A DNA stretch of 63,766 nt, counting the filler, from Octopus bimaculoides (lineage: Eukaryota), in assembly GCF_001194135.2 (NCBI RefSeq). It is 5 parts of 4 records of this genome, joined end to end, with 100 filler letters (N's around TTAATTAATTAA, not from the genome) between each part and the next. Parts side by side here need not be neighbours in the genome. Positions count along the whole stretch, not along the records: positions 48,689 to 63,766 come from NC_068999.1; 4 more parts are not named here. One strand, written 5' to 3'. Both the position numbers and the translations under genes were made by a program. Shown here piece after piece: positions 63,093-63,766 of the stretch (the first letter of the stretch is position 1; the number at the start of each line of letters is the position of its first letter). The notes under the pieces are model-generated. The model was not told the origin of the DNA and ran no database searches. It worked only from the letters and a program-made list of their open reading frames with translations.

Positions 63093-63766
63093 CGCCCCCT
63101 GATCTATAGATCATTCAACCGGCTCTCCCATTCACTCCTCGCTCCCGAACTACCTTGATTGGTTTCATAATCAGCCAACCAGGGAGGAAGGTGCCGCTCC
63201 CTCTGTGGTCGCTGTGCGACCCCGGGACTGGCCTGAGTTCCTGGCGCGCTGCCTTCATCATCTTGCCTACTGTTGCTGTCTTCATCATCCTGCCCACTGC
63301 AGCTGGTTTCATCCTCTGAAGCACTGACAATCTTCCGCACATCCAAAACATGGCGTGGCATACCATCGACCGAGATGTTGTTCTTTGAATTGATGGAGGT
63401 TATAGTTCCTTTCCCCCATTGTGATGTGCACAGAACATTTGGGGGTTTTACCCATACTTCTTCCCCGATCTGCACGAAGGTGTGCTCTTCTTCTCCCCGG
63501 AGTCGCATTGATGCAATACACGGGTGCCTCCACTCATACCTGAATATTGCCCTGTGTGGCACCGACTCCTCAGCCTGTCCTGACCTGGGCGACATATTAT
63601 ACCAAAAAACGGCCTCGATTGGCCCCTCTCTGCCATGGTCTTGATGGTACGATGATGCCTTTCCACCACTCCATTTCCACTTGGCCGGTATGCCGCCCTG
63701 AAGAAGCGGCTGACCTGCCAACGTCAAGCATTTTTTTCAGCACCTCCGAGCGAAATGCAGTGCCAT
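63093..63766 (-). mobile_element. Gypsy/Ty3-type LTR retrotransposon pol C-terminus (integrase), frameshifted; continues beyond the window
   Basis: NGTAFRSE and AAYRPSGNGVVERHHRTIKTM (rve core); EAVFWYNMSPR; SH3-like VQIGEEVWVKPP...W.KGTI; stop at 63104 just before the PPT. Confidence 0.88.

Noticed and set aside
291-63766. The many 60-290 aa ORFs rich in CV, HT, IY, poly-I/L/N/Y or X
   Set aside because: Translations of microsatellites and N gaps, not genes.

Overview
AT-rich, repeat-saturated animal genomic DNA. The SINE/LINE repertoire and microsatellite load look like octopus (inference from recalled repeat families, not a database search). No host protein-coding gene can be recognised. 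Every ORF with a recognisable domain belongs to a broken transposable element: a near full-length Tx1/L1-clade LINE (~29.0-33.8 kb), an R4/Dong-like LINE piece, an RTE LINE 3' half, a Tigger/pogo transposase, three mariner relics plus a mariner MITE, a Tc1 relic, Helitron pieces, a Gypsy-type integrase with its 3' LTR, and dozens of tRNA-derived SINE copies. Four 100-bp gaps each carry an artificial TTAATTAATTAA linker, so the window is five joined scaffolds. The most interesting signal is RNA-level: a type-I hammerhead ribozyme with a complete catalytic core and a long interrupted stem I at 22826-22909, in otherwise non-repetitive-looking DNA. Several more degenerate hammerhead-like motifs occur (27789-27833, 28946-28995, 11571-11609), along with long hairpins and inverted repeats that could form dsRNA. 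Repeat coordinates are read by eye and are approximate unless exact motifs are quoted.
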